22,663 nt of DNA from Bdellovibrionota bacterium (lineage in GTDB: Bacteria; Bdellovibrionota_C; UBA2361): contig JBILDU010000045.1 in the NCBI GenBank assembly GCA_044352465.1, forward strand, positions 1-22,663, written 5' to 3'. The notes beneath the pieces are model-generated. The model saw only the letters and a list, made by a program, of their open reading frames with translations. It had not been told where the DNA came from and made no database searches. Positions 1-8,729 of this stretch are shown here, in pieces. How positions within the stretch are numbered: the stretch's first letter is position 1; each line of letters begins with the position of its first letter. The position numbers were made by a program, and so were the translations under genes.

Positions 1-148
1 AGCGCGCCCGGATGAGGTCCCGAACAATTCACCCTACCTCGTATTGCCCATACTCGTGTGGGCGATTCGGGCGCTAACGCCCCCCACCCATGGCAGGTGA
101 CAAACTTATGGAAAGAGGCGCGACGAAACGCTGGGGGCGTTTGAGCCC

Positions 149-763
149 CTACATATTCCCAACCGACTGGGCGGGGCCAACCCGCAACTCGCGGTAGAGT
201 CGACTCAATCTCCGCCGCAACATCAACCGGGAACGGTGCAACCGCGACTTCACCGCTGGCACCGTAAGTTGAAGAATCTTACTCACCTCGCGACTGGTGA
301 GCCCGTCGATATCCCGGAGGACAAAGACCGGGCGGTAATCGTCGGGAAGGCGACGAATCGCCTCCTCAAGCGCCGCATGAAGCTGCCCACGAAGGGTAAT
401 CGCATCCCCCTCAGCCTGCTCGCTCGTTTTGAGGTGATGAGAGTTTTGGATCTGCGGTAAAATATCTTCGATTGAAACCGTTTGGTCCCGTTTGCGTTTA
501 CGTAATTTCATCAACGCTGAGTTCACTGTGATTCGGTAGAGCCAACTTGAAAAACTTGATTTTCCCTCAAAGCCGCTGATTTTTCGGTAAACGGTGACAA
601 AGACATCTTGAAGGACCTCCTCGGCGTCCTCCTGATTTCGGGTTAAGCGTGAGGCGAGGCTAAAGGCCTTGCCGCTGTAGCGGTGCACAAGCTCCTCAAA
701 GCTCGCTTCACAGCCCCGCTTAAACTCCTCAACGAGCTCGACATCGGTCTTCTGATTCGCCAT
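149..763 (-). CDS. ECF-family RNA polymerase sigma factor (RpoE/SigW-like)
   Basis: Region 2 (DAEEVLQDVF...FSSWLYRITVN) and region 4 (LPDDYRPVFVLRDIDGLTSREVS...VKSRLHRSR). Start moved from the ORF-track 817 to the ATG at 763 (MANQKTD), which has a GGAGG SD upstream. Confidence 0.93.
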   Translation of the reverse strand: MANQKTDVELVEEFKRGCEASFEELVHRYSGKAFSLASRLTRNQEDAEEVLQDVFVTVYRKISGFEGKSSFSSWLYRITVNSALMKLRKRKRDQTVSIEDILPQIQNSHHLKTSEQAEGDAITLRGQLHAALEEAIRRLPDDYRPVFVLRDIDGLTSREVSKILQLTVPAVKSRLHRSRLMLRRRLSRLYRELRVGPAQSVGNM

Positions 764-1177
764 AAAATACCTCCACAGCAGGCGATCCGTTGGGCTGGAA
801 GCGGTGTTTAAAACCACCTACAGCAAACGCCTCTCCAGAGATGGAATGCGAAAACCTTGCCAGCGGACTAGCTGACCGATCGAACCGATTCAAAAAAGTG
901 GGTGATTTTTTTAATTCGACACGAAAAGAGGTACTTAGGGAGATACGCCCGGCAACGGAGACTTGGTGAACGGGGGCCGCGGCCTCGGCTACAGGATAGA
1001 GGCGCCAAAAACCCGCCAGTTGGGGGTGTCAAAAGCGGTTAAAATTGCCGCTGACACGGCAAGAATCCGCCACCCCCTGACCGGAGGAAAGACAACTGTC
1101 CTTTTTTTGGTCGCTGCACAGCCAGGGCGTGAAAAACTCCTTCCACCACGCAACCAAAAAAATACGGAACGAGCCTC

Positions 1178-1624
1178 TTACGCCTCTTTGGAACGGCGCA
1201 CATAACAGATGCGCACGCTGTGGAGGACCTCTTTAAGGAGCTCTGCCTCCTCAGGTATTAGGTTGCCCTTGGTCTTCTCCTCAATGAGGCCCAGAATGGC
1301 GATGGTCTGTCGAGCTGCCTCCATGTCGGGCTCGATCGCCATTCCATCTGGGGGAGGCATCTCTCCTAACTGCATGAGGGCTTGCGTCGCGAGGGATATG
1401 ACAAACGAGCTGAAGTTGATCTCCCCCCCACCCCCTTGTAGCTCCGGTTTCGCCAACTTACTCTCGCTCTTCGCGATACCAGCCGCCCCTTCGGGCGCAC
1501 GCTCAGTCGCGGCTGGCGGCACTACAACAGTGGGTTGATCATCTTCCCTGGCGTTACCCGAAGCATCGAAGCGCCGTCGGTCGTTGACCTTCAAGCCAGA
1601 CTTCTCTTCGCGTTCATCATTCAT
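1178..1624 (-). CDS. DUF1844-like protein
   Basis: N-terminal KVNDRRRF, a low-complexity linker, then FSSFVISLATQALMQLG...ARQTIAILGLIEEKTKGNL..EE..LL..VL, typical of DUF1844. GAGGTG SD upstream. Confidence 0.85.
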   Translation of the reverse strand: MNDEREEKSGLKVNDRRRFDASGNAREDDQPTVVVPPAATERAPEGAAGIAKSESKLAKPELQGGGGEINFSSFVISLATQALMQLGEMPPPDGMAIEPDMEAARQTIAILGLIEEKTKGNLIPEEAELLKEVLHSVRICYVRRSKEA

Positions 1625-1943
1625 GGCGGCACCTCACTATTGGGTCGAGTTGTTCCTCGCCCTCTGAGCTCTGTTTAACCGCAACCGAGCTTCCGACGCA
1701 ACCCTCCTGAACGAAGGCATAGCCGTGTACCGTTGCCCCTTGCAATAACCTCTTTCATCCAAGTTCAAGCTCAGCGGGGCATCGCATTTCTCGCAAGACC
1801 GGAACGAAGCGCCGGAATCCGCAAGAGCGCGCCGAAAAGGCTCGTGTTCCCCTTTCTCGTCCAATCAAGGCCGTGATGGCATGAAACCTTCCCCCACTGG
1901 CACTACCTTGAATGTTTTCAGGGGAAGTGTTTCTCTTGTAGGT

Positions 1944-2717
1944 ATGCGCTTCACGATTCTTGGGTGTGGAACATCAACCGGGGTACCGGTGCCGGGATGC
2001 CGGTGCGGGGTTTGCCGCTCCACCGACTTACGGAATCACCGTCTGCGAACCTCGGGGATTATTCAGAGCGAGGATGGGCGCGCACTCCTTATCGACGCCT
2101 CAGCGGATCTCCGCCAACAGACGCTCCGGGCAGGTATCGAGCGGATCGATGGGGTCCTCTACACCCACACCCACGCCGACCACATCCTTGGAACCGACGA
2201 TCTGCGGTGCTTCAACTACACCCTGCAACGTCGTATTCCGTGCTACGGAACGAGAACAACGCTCGACGAGATCCGGCGATTTTTCAACTATATCTTCGAT
2301 CCACGACCGAACTACGAAGGAGGCGCGCTGGCACAGCTCGACCTTCACGAAATCGAGGACACCGTCCCCTTCGAAGCAGCGGGCTTTGGGGTTCATCCAT
2401 TCCCCCTGGAGCACGGCAGCTCTCCGGTGACCGGCTATCGGGTCGGGGCGCTCGCCTACGCGACTGATTGCAACAAGGTGCCCGCCCAAGCCCGCGAGAT
2501 ACTTCGCGGAGTCCGGTATTTAATCCTCGATGGCTTGCGTTTCGAAGCTCACCGGACCCACTTCACGATCCCCGAGGCGATAAAGGTAGCGCAAGAGATC
2601 GGGGCGGAGAGAACGATTCTCGTCCACATGACCCATTCGATCGATTTCGAAACTGTGAGTGCCCAGCTTCCACCGGGGATCGAGCTCGGCTATGACGGAC
2701 TCACGCTCACCTTTTAA
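1944..2717 (+). CDS. MBL-fold metallo-hydrolase, PhnP-like phosphodiesterase
   Basis: MRFTILGCGTSTGVP, CxCxxC zinc site, THTHADH metal motif, ATDC and HMTH. Start set at ATG 1944 because the family begins there (track start 1881). Confidence 0.9.
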   Translation: MRFTILGCGTSTGVPVPGCRCGVCRSTDLRNHRLRTSGIIQSEDGRALLIDASADLRQQTLRAGIERIDGVLYTHTHADHILGTDDLRCFNYTLQRRIPCYGTRTTLDEIRRFFNYIFDPRPNYEGGALAQLDLHEIEDTVPFEAAGFGVHPFPLEHGSSPVTGYRVGALAYATDCNKVPAQAREILRGVRYLILDGLRFEAHRTHFTIPEAIKVAQEIGAERTILVHMTHSIDFETVSAQLPPGIELGYDGLTLTF

Positions 2718-3219
2718 CGGTGACTTTTGAGGTTGCCCCTTCAAGAGCCTCAACATCGATGCGGTCGACGGCTCGGTCGATAATCCTCTTGTAATCGATC
2801 AGCGCTATCCGGGGCAGCACCGCAGCGTGACGGCCAAGAACAAGATGCGTTTCAAACGCAGTCAGGTCGGTCGGAACGTTGCGCCATTCCCCCGCCCTTC
2901 GATCGAAAAGTCGGATATCTTCCGCGGCGGTGAGATCGATATCTTGCGCCCCCCAGCGAAGCGATAGCAACTCGATATCGAACTCCTCGTCACGATATCG
3001 AGCGGGGCCGAAGATAATGCAAGCTCGCGCCCGTTGAGCCACATAATCGAGCGCGGCGCGGGGGGTATCGATATCGATATCGGCAAGCGCACGCGGGCTG
3101 CCGTAGACCGTGGCGGCAAGCCCACCCACCACTATCCAGGGGAACCCTCCCGCATCAAGAATGTCCGTAATCCACCCGAAGGCCCCCGGGGCATCACGCG
3201 TCTCAGTTGGCGTCGTCAT
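2707..3219 (-). CDS. Small Pol-beta-superfamily nucleotidyltransferase-like protein
   Basis: VVGGLAATVYGSPRALADIDID matches the GG...DxD NTase motif, with a later DIDL. ATGA overlap with the upstream gene. Confidence 0.75.
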   Translation of the reverse strand: MTTPTETRDAPGAFGWITDILDAGGFPWIVVGGLAATVYGSPRALADIDIDTPRAALDYVAQRARACIIFGPARYRDEEFDIELLSLRWGAQDIDLTAAEDIRLFDRRAGEWRNVPTDLTAFETHLVLGRHAAVLPRIALIDYKRIIDRAVDRIDVEALEGATSKVTVKR

Positions 3220-4478
3220 ACCTGCCCGCGAATACGGACATCTCCCTCAAATCGGCCCATGAAATCGGGAGTATTCTCAAAAATTACATATTCGCCCGGC
3301 AGAAGGCCCACCCCCTCAAAATCGCGCACCGCGTTGTTCGGGGTAATCGCCAGCGCGTCGAACCGCTCGTTGATCTCGCGGACAGTGACATACTCCCCCC
3401 GAGTCGAAGACTCGGAGCGGCAATCCTTTAATTTCGTTCCGAGGGAGAGATTTACTCCCGCCCCGATGAAATTTTTATTGCCGATCCGAATACCGGTCCC
3501 GATTCGCACGAAGCTTCCAAGAAAATTTTCATCTCCGATGACAACCGGTGCCGCATTCGCGGGGCTTAAGACCCCCTCAACACTGACGAACGACCCGATC
3601 TTATTCCGATTACCCACCTGAGCGGAGGACGCCAGCGAGGCGTGGGAGTCGATGAGATTATCATCCCCGATGAACGCTGCGATATTCACCGCGGCGTGAA
3701 ACATAAAGATATTGCGCTTGCCCACGTGAACGCCATCACGAATCATCACGCTCGGAACGATCCGGTTGCCGTCGAGCATCAGCTCATGTGCGCGCACACT
3801 CATGAGACTTGGGAATTTGTCGATCCCCCCGGGTGAAAGCTCGGCGATCGCCCCCGACCATTCCGTGTAGGCGCTGACCCGGCGCAGGAAGACCGGGTCT
3901 TCCTGCGCCGGAACGATAAACTGCCCCCCTTCCGAGAGAAAACGGTTCGGAAGGATCGTGAAGCTATCGAGCAGCGACTGTCGTGCCGCGCTATCGGTTC
4001 CCCGCAGGGCACCTGCATTAAAGAGCTCGAACAACAACGTCGTGCGCCGGCGTTGATACTCATCCCCTTCCCTTGCGCCTTCAGGAGACTTGAAGAGCAG
4101 CACCGCCGTAACCGCTCTGCGCTCAGCGTCGGCCTCACTGAGCAGATGCACCACGCCCCTCAATGCGGACGGCGCTGCGGGCTCAAGTACGGTGCGAAGG
4201 ATACCTACCTGATCGGGCGAGAGTCGCACCTCAATAAAACCGGACTCGACGCGAGGACGGTCGATAAGCGCGAAAAGGAGATCCACGAGGAGACCTGCCC
4301 GCTCACCCATCGCCGCCCCCCAACCGAGCCTCCCTGCGCTATCGCTCGAGAATGCAACGAGCAGACTCCGCTCAGCGATCGAATCGGGACGGGAGGATAA
4401 AACTGTCTGAAGATGCGTATACTCCTGCTCAGATGACGGCACCACGAAGTCCGCCTCACCCAATCGAAAAGTCTTCAT
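3216..4478 (-). CDS. DapD-like hexapeptide-repeat N-acyltransferase with long N-terminal extension
   Basis: The C-terminal half resembles DapD: DKFP...RIVPS..IRDG...VNIAAFIG...IDSHASLASSAQVG...GVLSP.NAAPVVIGD. The first ~150-190 aa are not recognised. Confidence 0.75.
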   Translation of the reverse strand: MKTFRLGEADFVVPSSEQEYTHLQTVLSSRPDSIAERSLLVAFSSDSAGRLGWGAAMGERAGLLVDLLFALIDRPRVESGFIEVRLSPDQVGILRTVLEPAAPSALRGVVHLLSEADAERRAVTAVLLFKSPEGAREGDEYQRRRTTLLFELFNAGALRGTDSAARQSLLDSFTILPNRFLSEGGQFIVPAQEDPVFLRRVSAYTEWSGAIAELSPGGIDKFPSLMSVRAHELMLDGNRIVPSVMIRDGVHVGKRNIFMFHAAVNIAAFIGDDNLIDSHASLASSAQVGNRNKIGSFVSVEGVLSPANAAPVVIGDENFLGSFVRIGTGIRIGNKNFIGAGVNLSLGTKLKDCRSESSTRGEYVTVREINERFDALAITPNNAVRDFEGVGLLPGEYVIFENTPDFMGRFEGDVRIRGQV

Positions 4479-5194
4479 CTCTTCATCCCCTCAGAGTTCA
4501 TCCCGATCTTCGCCAGCACCTCGCCCAAGACAAGATCGTCCGGGGTCGTGATCTTGATATTAAGTCGGTCACCTATCACCACATGTACAGCTTCAAGCGG
4601 GGCTACGAGCGACGCGTCGTCGGTTGCGCCTACGATTCCTCGAGCGTGGGCATCGCGGAGCAAGCGGCCTTCAAAGATCTGCGGGGTTTGAATCGCGTAC
4701 ACCGCCGCTCGGTCGATGGCGTCCTGCACCACTCCCGACGTATCCGCACGAACGAGGGTATCGACCACCGGCATCGCGGCGGTCACCGCACGCGCGTGGG
4801 CATGCTTCTCGAGGCATCGGTTGACAAGATCGTGGGAGAGCAAGCACCGCGCCGCATCGTGAACCAGGATGGAGCCGTGATCGATAACCTCAGGAAGCTC
4901 TCGTTCCACATAGTCTATCCCCGCCCGAACACTGGCCTGACGTTCAGCACCACCTGCGACGAGGGTCAGTCCAGCGACCCCATCCAGGGCGTGCTCAAAC
5001 TGACGGCGGTGAGCCGGCGGAACTGCCACGACGATCCGGAGGAAACGTCCGACCGCGACCAAGGTATCCACCGTACGCCGCACGATCGGAGTTCCACCGA
5101 CCGCGACGAGCGCTTTCGGGAGTGCCGAACCGAGGCGAGCTCCACTGCCCGCCGCTGGAATTATTGCGACGACAGGTCTTGCGGAGGACTCCAC
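4475..5194 (-). CDS. ispD: 2-C-methyl-D-erythritol 4-phosphate cytidylyltransferase
   Basis: AAGSGARLG..PK, GGAERQASV, VHDAAR, QTPQ, TDDAS and NIKITTPDDL motifs. GTG start. Lies directly downstream of carD. Confidence 0.93.
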   Translation of the reverse strand: MESSARPVVAIIPAAGSGARLGSALPKALVAVGGTPIVRRTVDTLVAVGRFLRIVVAVPPAHRRQFEHALDGVAGLTLVAGGAERQASVRAGIDYVERELPEVIDHGSILVHDAARCLLSHDLVNRCLEKHAHARAVTAAMPVVDTLVRADTSGVVQDAIDRAAVYAIQTPQIFEGRLLRDAHARGIVGATDDASLVAPLEAVHVVIGDRLNIKITTPDDLVLGEVLAKIGMNSEGMKR

Positions 5195-5216
5195 TCTCGG
5201 CCGTTAGGAAGACTGG

Positions 5217-5708
5217 TTAGGCGAAAAGCTCTCGCAACTCACCCATCACCTTGTCGTGGGTGCGCGATTTCGCGATGGCTATCTCAGAGACAAGGAGGTT
5301 TTGGGCGGTATCGAGCATCTTCTTCTCACCGAAGGAAAGCTCTTTGTCCACACTGAGAACGGAAAGATCGCGCATCACCTCAGCTATCTCAAACACCGAT
5401 CCGGTTTTGATCTTCTGGGAGTACTCCCGGAAACGGCGATTCCAGGTCTGTGTGTCGATCTTGAAATCGCGACTCTTGAGAATAGCGTATACTTTATCGA
5501 TCGAGCGCCGATCGATCACCTTACGTAGTCCGACGGCTTCGGATTGCGACACCGGGACCATGATCTTCATCCCCGATTCGGCGATGGTTATATCGAAGAA
5601 TTGTTGCTCAGTTCCGGCGATGGTGCGGGATTTCAGCGCCGTAATCTCGCCGACGCCGTGCCCGGGGTAAACGATCTTATCTCCGACTTTGAACAACTTG
5701 CTACTCAA
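5217..5708 (-). CDS. carD: CarD/CdnL family RNA polymerase-binding transcription factor
   Basis: FKVGDKIVYPGHGVG...MVPV...GLR...WNRRFREY..KIKTGS...LSFGEKKML. Start set at TTG 5708 with a GAGGAG SD (track start 5855 is too long). Confidence 0.93.
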   Translation of the reverse strand: MSSKLFKVGDKIVYPGHGVGEITALKSRTIAGTEQQFFDITIAESGMKIMVPVSQSEAVGLRKVIDRRSIDKVYAILKSRDFKIDTQTWNRRFREYSQKIKTGSVFEIAEVMRDLSVLSVDKELSFGEKKMLDTAQNLLVSEIAIAKSRTHDKVMGELRELFA

Positions 5709-6136
5709 GATAGGCACTCCTCGATAGACGCATAAGTTATCGGTCCGACCACCGAGGAACCGACCCATCAAGCGACACGTGAGGCGTGTTGGCCCGCAGG
5801 TATAACGGCCACCCCTGTGCTCAAAAAGTCCGCAACGAAGACGACTCTTCGCCACTTACTCTAAACCACTTTTGGGTACTGGAGGGATCGGGCGACTCAG
5901 AGCTATTCAACTACCGCTTCGTTCAGCTATCGCTCCGTTTGAATGGTGCGATGACAGACCGAGAACGCTCTGCGGAGATACCTCACTCACCAAAAAGAGA
6001 CGGAGCGATGAGACGCTTCGCCAGCCCCACGATTTATATCGGAGACTTTTTCGAACCGAACGGCTCAAAACCGATACGCTTGCCGATGGTTTTATCCGCT
6101 CGAAAGAGGAAATCACCCAGCTTCAAACGCTTCGCT

Positions 6137-6166
6137 AGTATACTCCAAAGCTCATCGCAAGGTCAA
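6137..6166 (-). promoter_or_regulatory. Putative sigma70 promoter of the carD operon
   Basis: Minus strand TTGACC-N18-TATACT, with an AT-rich stretch upstream. Confidence 0.6.
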
Positions 6167-6193
6167 ATAAAAGAGCCTCAAAAAAGCCTTTCT

Positions 6194-7249
6194 TTATAAC
6201 ATTTTAGACTTGATTTCCGCGATCGATTTTAGGCCCTCTTGCGCGAGGTAACGGCTCAGTCCGCAGTTAATTTCACGCACGATCGCTGGCCCACGATAGA
6301 TGAGCCCGGTGTAAAGCTGCACGAGCGAGGCACCTGCTCGGAGGAAGTCGATCACATCAGCGGCACTAAAAACACCACCGACCCCGATCACCGGCAATTT
6401 ACCTGCGGTCTGAGTCGTGATGTAGCGCACGATCTCAACAGCGCGCGAATGAAGCGGGGCGCCACTCAATCCCCCAACCTCATCGATCGCTTGGCGGAGT
6501 CCCGCACGGGAGAAAGTTGTGTTTGTCGCGATAATCCCAGCGACATCGGCGTCGTTACAAGAGAGGAGCACCGCATCGATCTCAGCCCACGACAGATCGG
6601 GGGCGATTTTCACCAAAAGGGGCTTTTTCTCAGGATTGTGCGCTTGCACTCCTTGCAGCAAAGCCGTGAGGCGATCCCGCTCCTGGAGCTTGCGCAGTTC
6701 CGGCGTGTTGGGCGACGAAACGTTGAGTACAAAATAATCGGCCGACTCGCGCACCCGGGTGAAAGTCGCTACGTAATCGACTAAGGCGGCATCGATCGGC
6801 ACGACTTTAGTCTTCCCGATATTCACTCCGATCACCGCGGGTGTCGAAGCGTACACCTGACGCAACCGGGGGGCGAAGACGTCAACTCCGACAGAGGGGA
6901 ATCCCATGCGATTAATGAGTGCACCATCCTCGGGGAGTCGAAATATCCGCGGGCGCGGGTTTCCCGGCTGCGCCGCTGCGGTAACGCTCCCCAACTCGAT
7001 ATGACTGAAGCCGAGAGCTGCGAGGGTTGGGACGATCTCGCAGTTTTTATCGAAGCCTGCCGAGAGGCCGACCGGGCTCGCGAACTTGAGACCGAACACC
7101 TCTGTCGCCAACCCTGGATCCGCATAGTGATAGAGCGCTCGACATACCCCGGCCACTCCGGGCAGCTTCCCACTCCTCACCGCAAGGTGGTGCACCGTTT
7201 CGGAATCGAATCGAAAGACGAGTGGACGGATGAGCGTGCGGTAGATCAC
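6194..7249 (-). CDS. pyrD: Dihydroorotate dehydrogenase (quinone, class 2)
   Basis: AGFDKN, QPGNPRPRIFRL, INRMGF, NVSSPNTP.LR.LQ, KIAPDL, TNTT and GGLSG motifs. GTG start overlaps the rimI stop. Confidence 0.95.
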   Translation of the reverse strand: MIYRTLIRPLVFRFDSETVHHLAVRSGKLPGVAGVCRALYHYADPGLATEVFGLKFASPVGLSAGFDKNCEIVPTLAALGFSHIELGSVTAAAQPGNPRPRIFRLPEDGALINRMGFPSVGVDVFAPRLRQVYASTPAVIGVNIGKTKVVPIDAALVDYVATFTRVRESADYFVLNVSSPNTPELRKLQERDRLTALLQGVQAHNPEKKPLLVKIAPDLSWAEIDAVLLSCNDADVAGIIATNTTFSRAGLRQAIDEVGGLSGAPLHSRAVEIVRYITTQTAGKLPVIGVGGVFSAADVIDFLRAGASLVQLYTGLIYRGPAIVREINCGLSRYLAQEGLKSIAEIKSKML

Positions 7250-7740
7250 TTGCCCTCCTGACGGGTAGTACCGGCGATAAATTCGTCGACGTTAAGCTTT
7301 AAGACGAGCGCATCTTCACCGTCGTTCGAGTAGTACTTCGACCGAATGCCGACCTCTTCGAATCCGAGCGACGTGTATAATCGTTGAGCGATGCTGTTGC
7401 TGCGGCGCACCTCGAGCGTTACCCAACGAATCGCTCGGCCATGGAGATCCCGCAACACCGCCTCAAGCAGAGTGCGACCGAGCCCCCGCCCCCGAGATTC
7501 CCGACGCACGCCGAAGTTAACGATGTGGCCCTCATCTGCGGCGACATGAATCACCAAGAATCCCGCGATGACACCCTCATACCGCACCCCGAAAACATGG
7601 GAAAATGTGTTCGAGAACTCCTGAACAAATAGTCGCTCCGGCCACGGGGGTTCATTCGACTCCGCTTCAATGAGCGCAAGCTCGGGGGCCGCGATCCGTG
7701 ACAATCGACATACCACCGCGCCCATCCTATTCTCCGTCAT
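7246..7740 (-). CDS. rimI: Ribosomal-protein-alanine N-acetyltransferase (GNAT)
   Basis: RGRGLG acetyl-CoA motif and LEVRRSN..A..LY..LGF...G.R.KYY...EDA. Confidence 0.9.
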   Translation of the reverse strand: MTENRMGAVVCRLSRIAAPELALIEAESNEPPWPERLFVQEFSNTFSHVFGVRYEGVIAGFLVIHVAADEGHIVNFGVRRESRGRGLGRTLLEAVLRDLHGRAIRWVTLEVRRSNSIAQRLYTSLGFEEVGIRSKYYSNDGEDALVLKLNVDEFIAGTTRQEGK

Positions 7741-7777
7741 GACCTCTGTGGTGTTCTTACGAGCCCCTCAAGATACG

Positions 7778-7801
7778 AAAAAGCCCCGACATGGCGGGGC
7801 T
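7778..7801 (-). terminator. Intrinsic terminator after rplT
   Basis: Minus strand AGCCCCG-ccatgt-CGGGGCT followed by TTTT. Confidence 0.8.
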
Positions 7802-7840
7802 CTCTCGTTACTGCCGATACGGCGTGTCTCAACAGCTCGT

Positions 7841-8194
7841 TTAGGCCAGGGCCTGACGAGCCTTCTCGACAACTGCGCCGAACGCCTTCGGGTCGTTCAA
7901 AGCGAGCTCAGCGAGGATCTTCCGATCAACCTCGATCCTTGCCTGCTTCAAGCCGGACATAAATCGGCTGTAGCTCAACCCTGCCGGGCGAACCGCCGCG
8001 TTAATTCGCGCGATCCACAACATGCGGAACTCACGCTTCTTAACTTTCCGGTCCCGGTAGGCGTACTTCAAAGCACGCTGAACACCGCGCTTCGCGAGCT
8101 TGAAACAGCTGCTTCTGCGGCCGTAGAAACCCTCGGCTAACTTCAGCATCCGCTTGTGACGGCGGCGGCTCGCAAATCCACGTTTAACTCTCAT
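7841..8194 (-). CDS. rplT: 50S ribosomal protein L20
   Basis: MRVKRG...[24 protein letters not shown]...SYSRFM.GL...DRKILAELA. Confidence 0.98.
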   Translation of the reverse strand: MRVKRGFASRRRHKRMLKLAEGFYGRRSSCFKLAKRGVQRALKYAYRDRKVKKREFRMLWIARINAAVRPAGLSYSRFMSGLKQARIEVDRKILAELALNDPKAFGAVVEKARQALA

Positions 8195-8274
8195 GACCTT
8201 ACCTCTCTACCTTGCTTCTCTGGTCTATCTGCTTTTCTGAATCTATCCTCGTTCGGGCAACACCAACCTACAGG

Positions 8275-8478
8275 CTAACAGCCGGCGTTGGCGAGCATCC
8301 GCTTTAGATCGTTCATGTTGGTCTTGTCGACCATTCCACTGCGACGGAGCTGGCGCATCCGCTTCGCCGACTTTTTGCCGGTGTTGTGGCTGGTGTTCGC
8401 GCGGGCTTTCTTGATCTTCCCCTTGGCATTCACCCGGAACTTCTTGTGAGCCAGGCGATTCGTCTTCATCTTCGGCAT
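8275..8478 (-). CDS. rpmI: 50S ribosomal protein L35
   Basis: MPKMKT...KKFR...GKIK...H..GKKSAKRMRQLR, directly upstream of rplT. Start set at the MPKMKT ATG. Confidence 0.95.
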   Translation of the reverse strand: MPKMKTNRLAHKKFRVNAKGKIKKARANTSHNTGKKSAKRMRQLRRSGMVDKTNMNDLKRMLANAGC

Positions 8479-8594
8479 ACGACACACTCTTTACAAACTA
8501 CCGCCCCTGAACTTCCCCGTTCACCGAGCGCCCTTTGATCGTTTCTAGGTTCTCATCGCTTGATGAGACTTTCAGTGCTTATTCACGTTTGAGC

Positions 8595-8671
<77 letters not shown>

Positions 8672-8699
8672 TCACGAACGGAACCGACCGTAAGGGCGT

Positions 8700-8729
8700 A
8701 TGATTACCAGCAATTTAGGGAAAGGTCAA
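8700..8729 (-). promoter_or_regulatory. Putative sigma70 promoter for tRNA-Val/rpmI-rplT
   Basis: Minus strand TTGACC-N17-TAATCA(T), ~30 nt upstream of the tRNA. Confidence 0.5.

Noticed and set aside
1637..1864. 75-aa ORF with a CxxC (CEKC)
   Set aside because: It sits in the divergent promoter region, has a TTG start, lacks a second Cys pair and resembles no family I recognise.
4352..5356. 334-aa plus-strand ORF and other long antisense ORFs (e.g. 15988-16674, 19519-20190, 6239-6784)
   Set aside because: These are shadows of well-supported minus-strand genes in GC-rich DNA, with Arg/His/Pro-biased composition and no domains.
5786..6199. Small ORFs in the carD-pyrD spacer
   Set aside because: They have no SD or recognisable motifs, and they overlap the promoter and hairpin.
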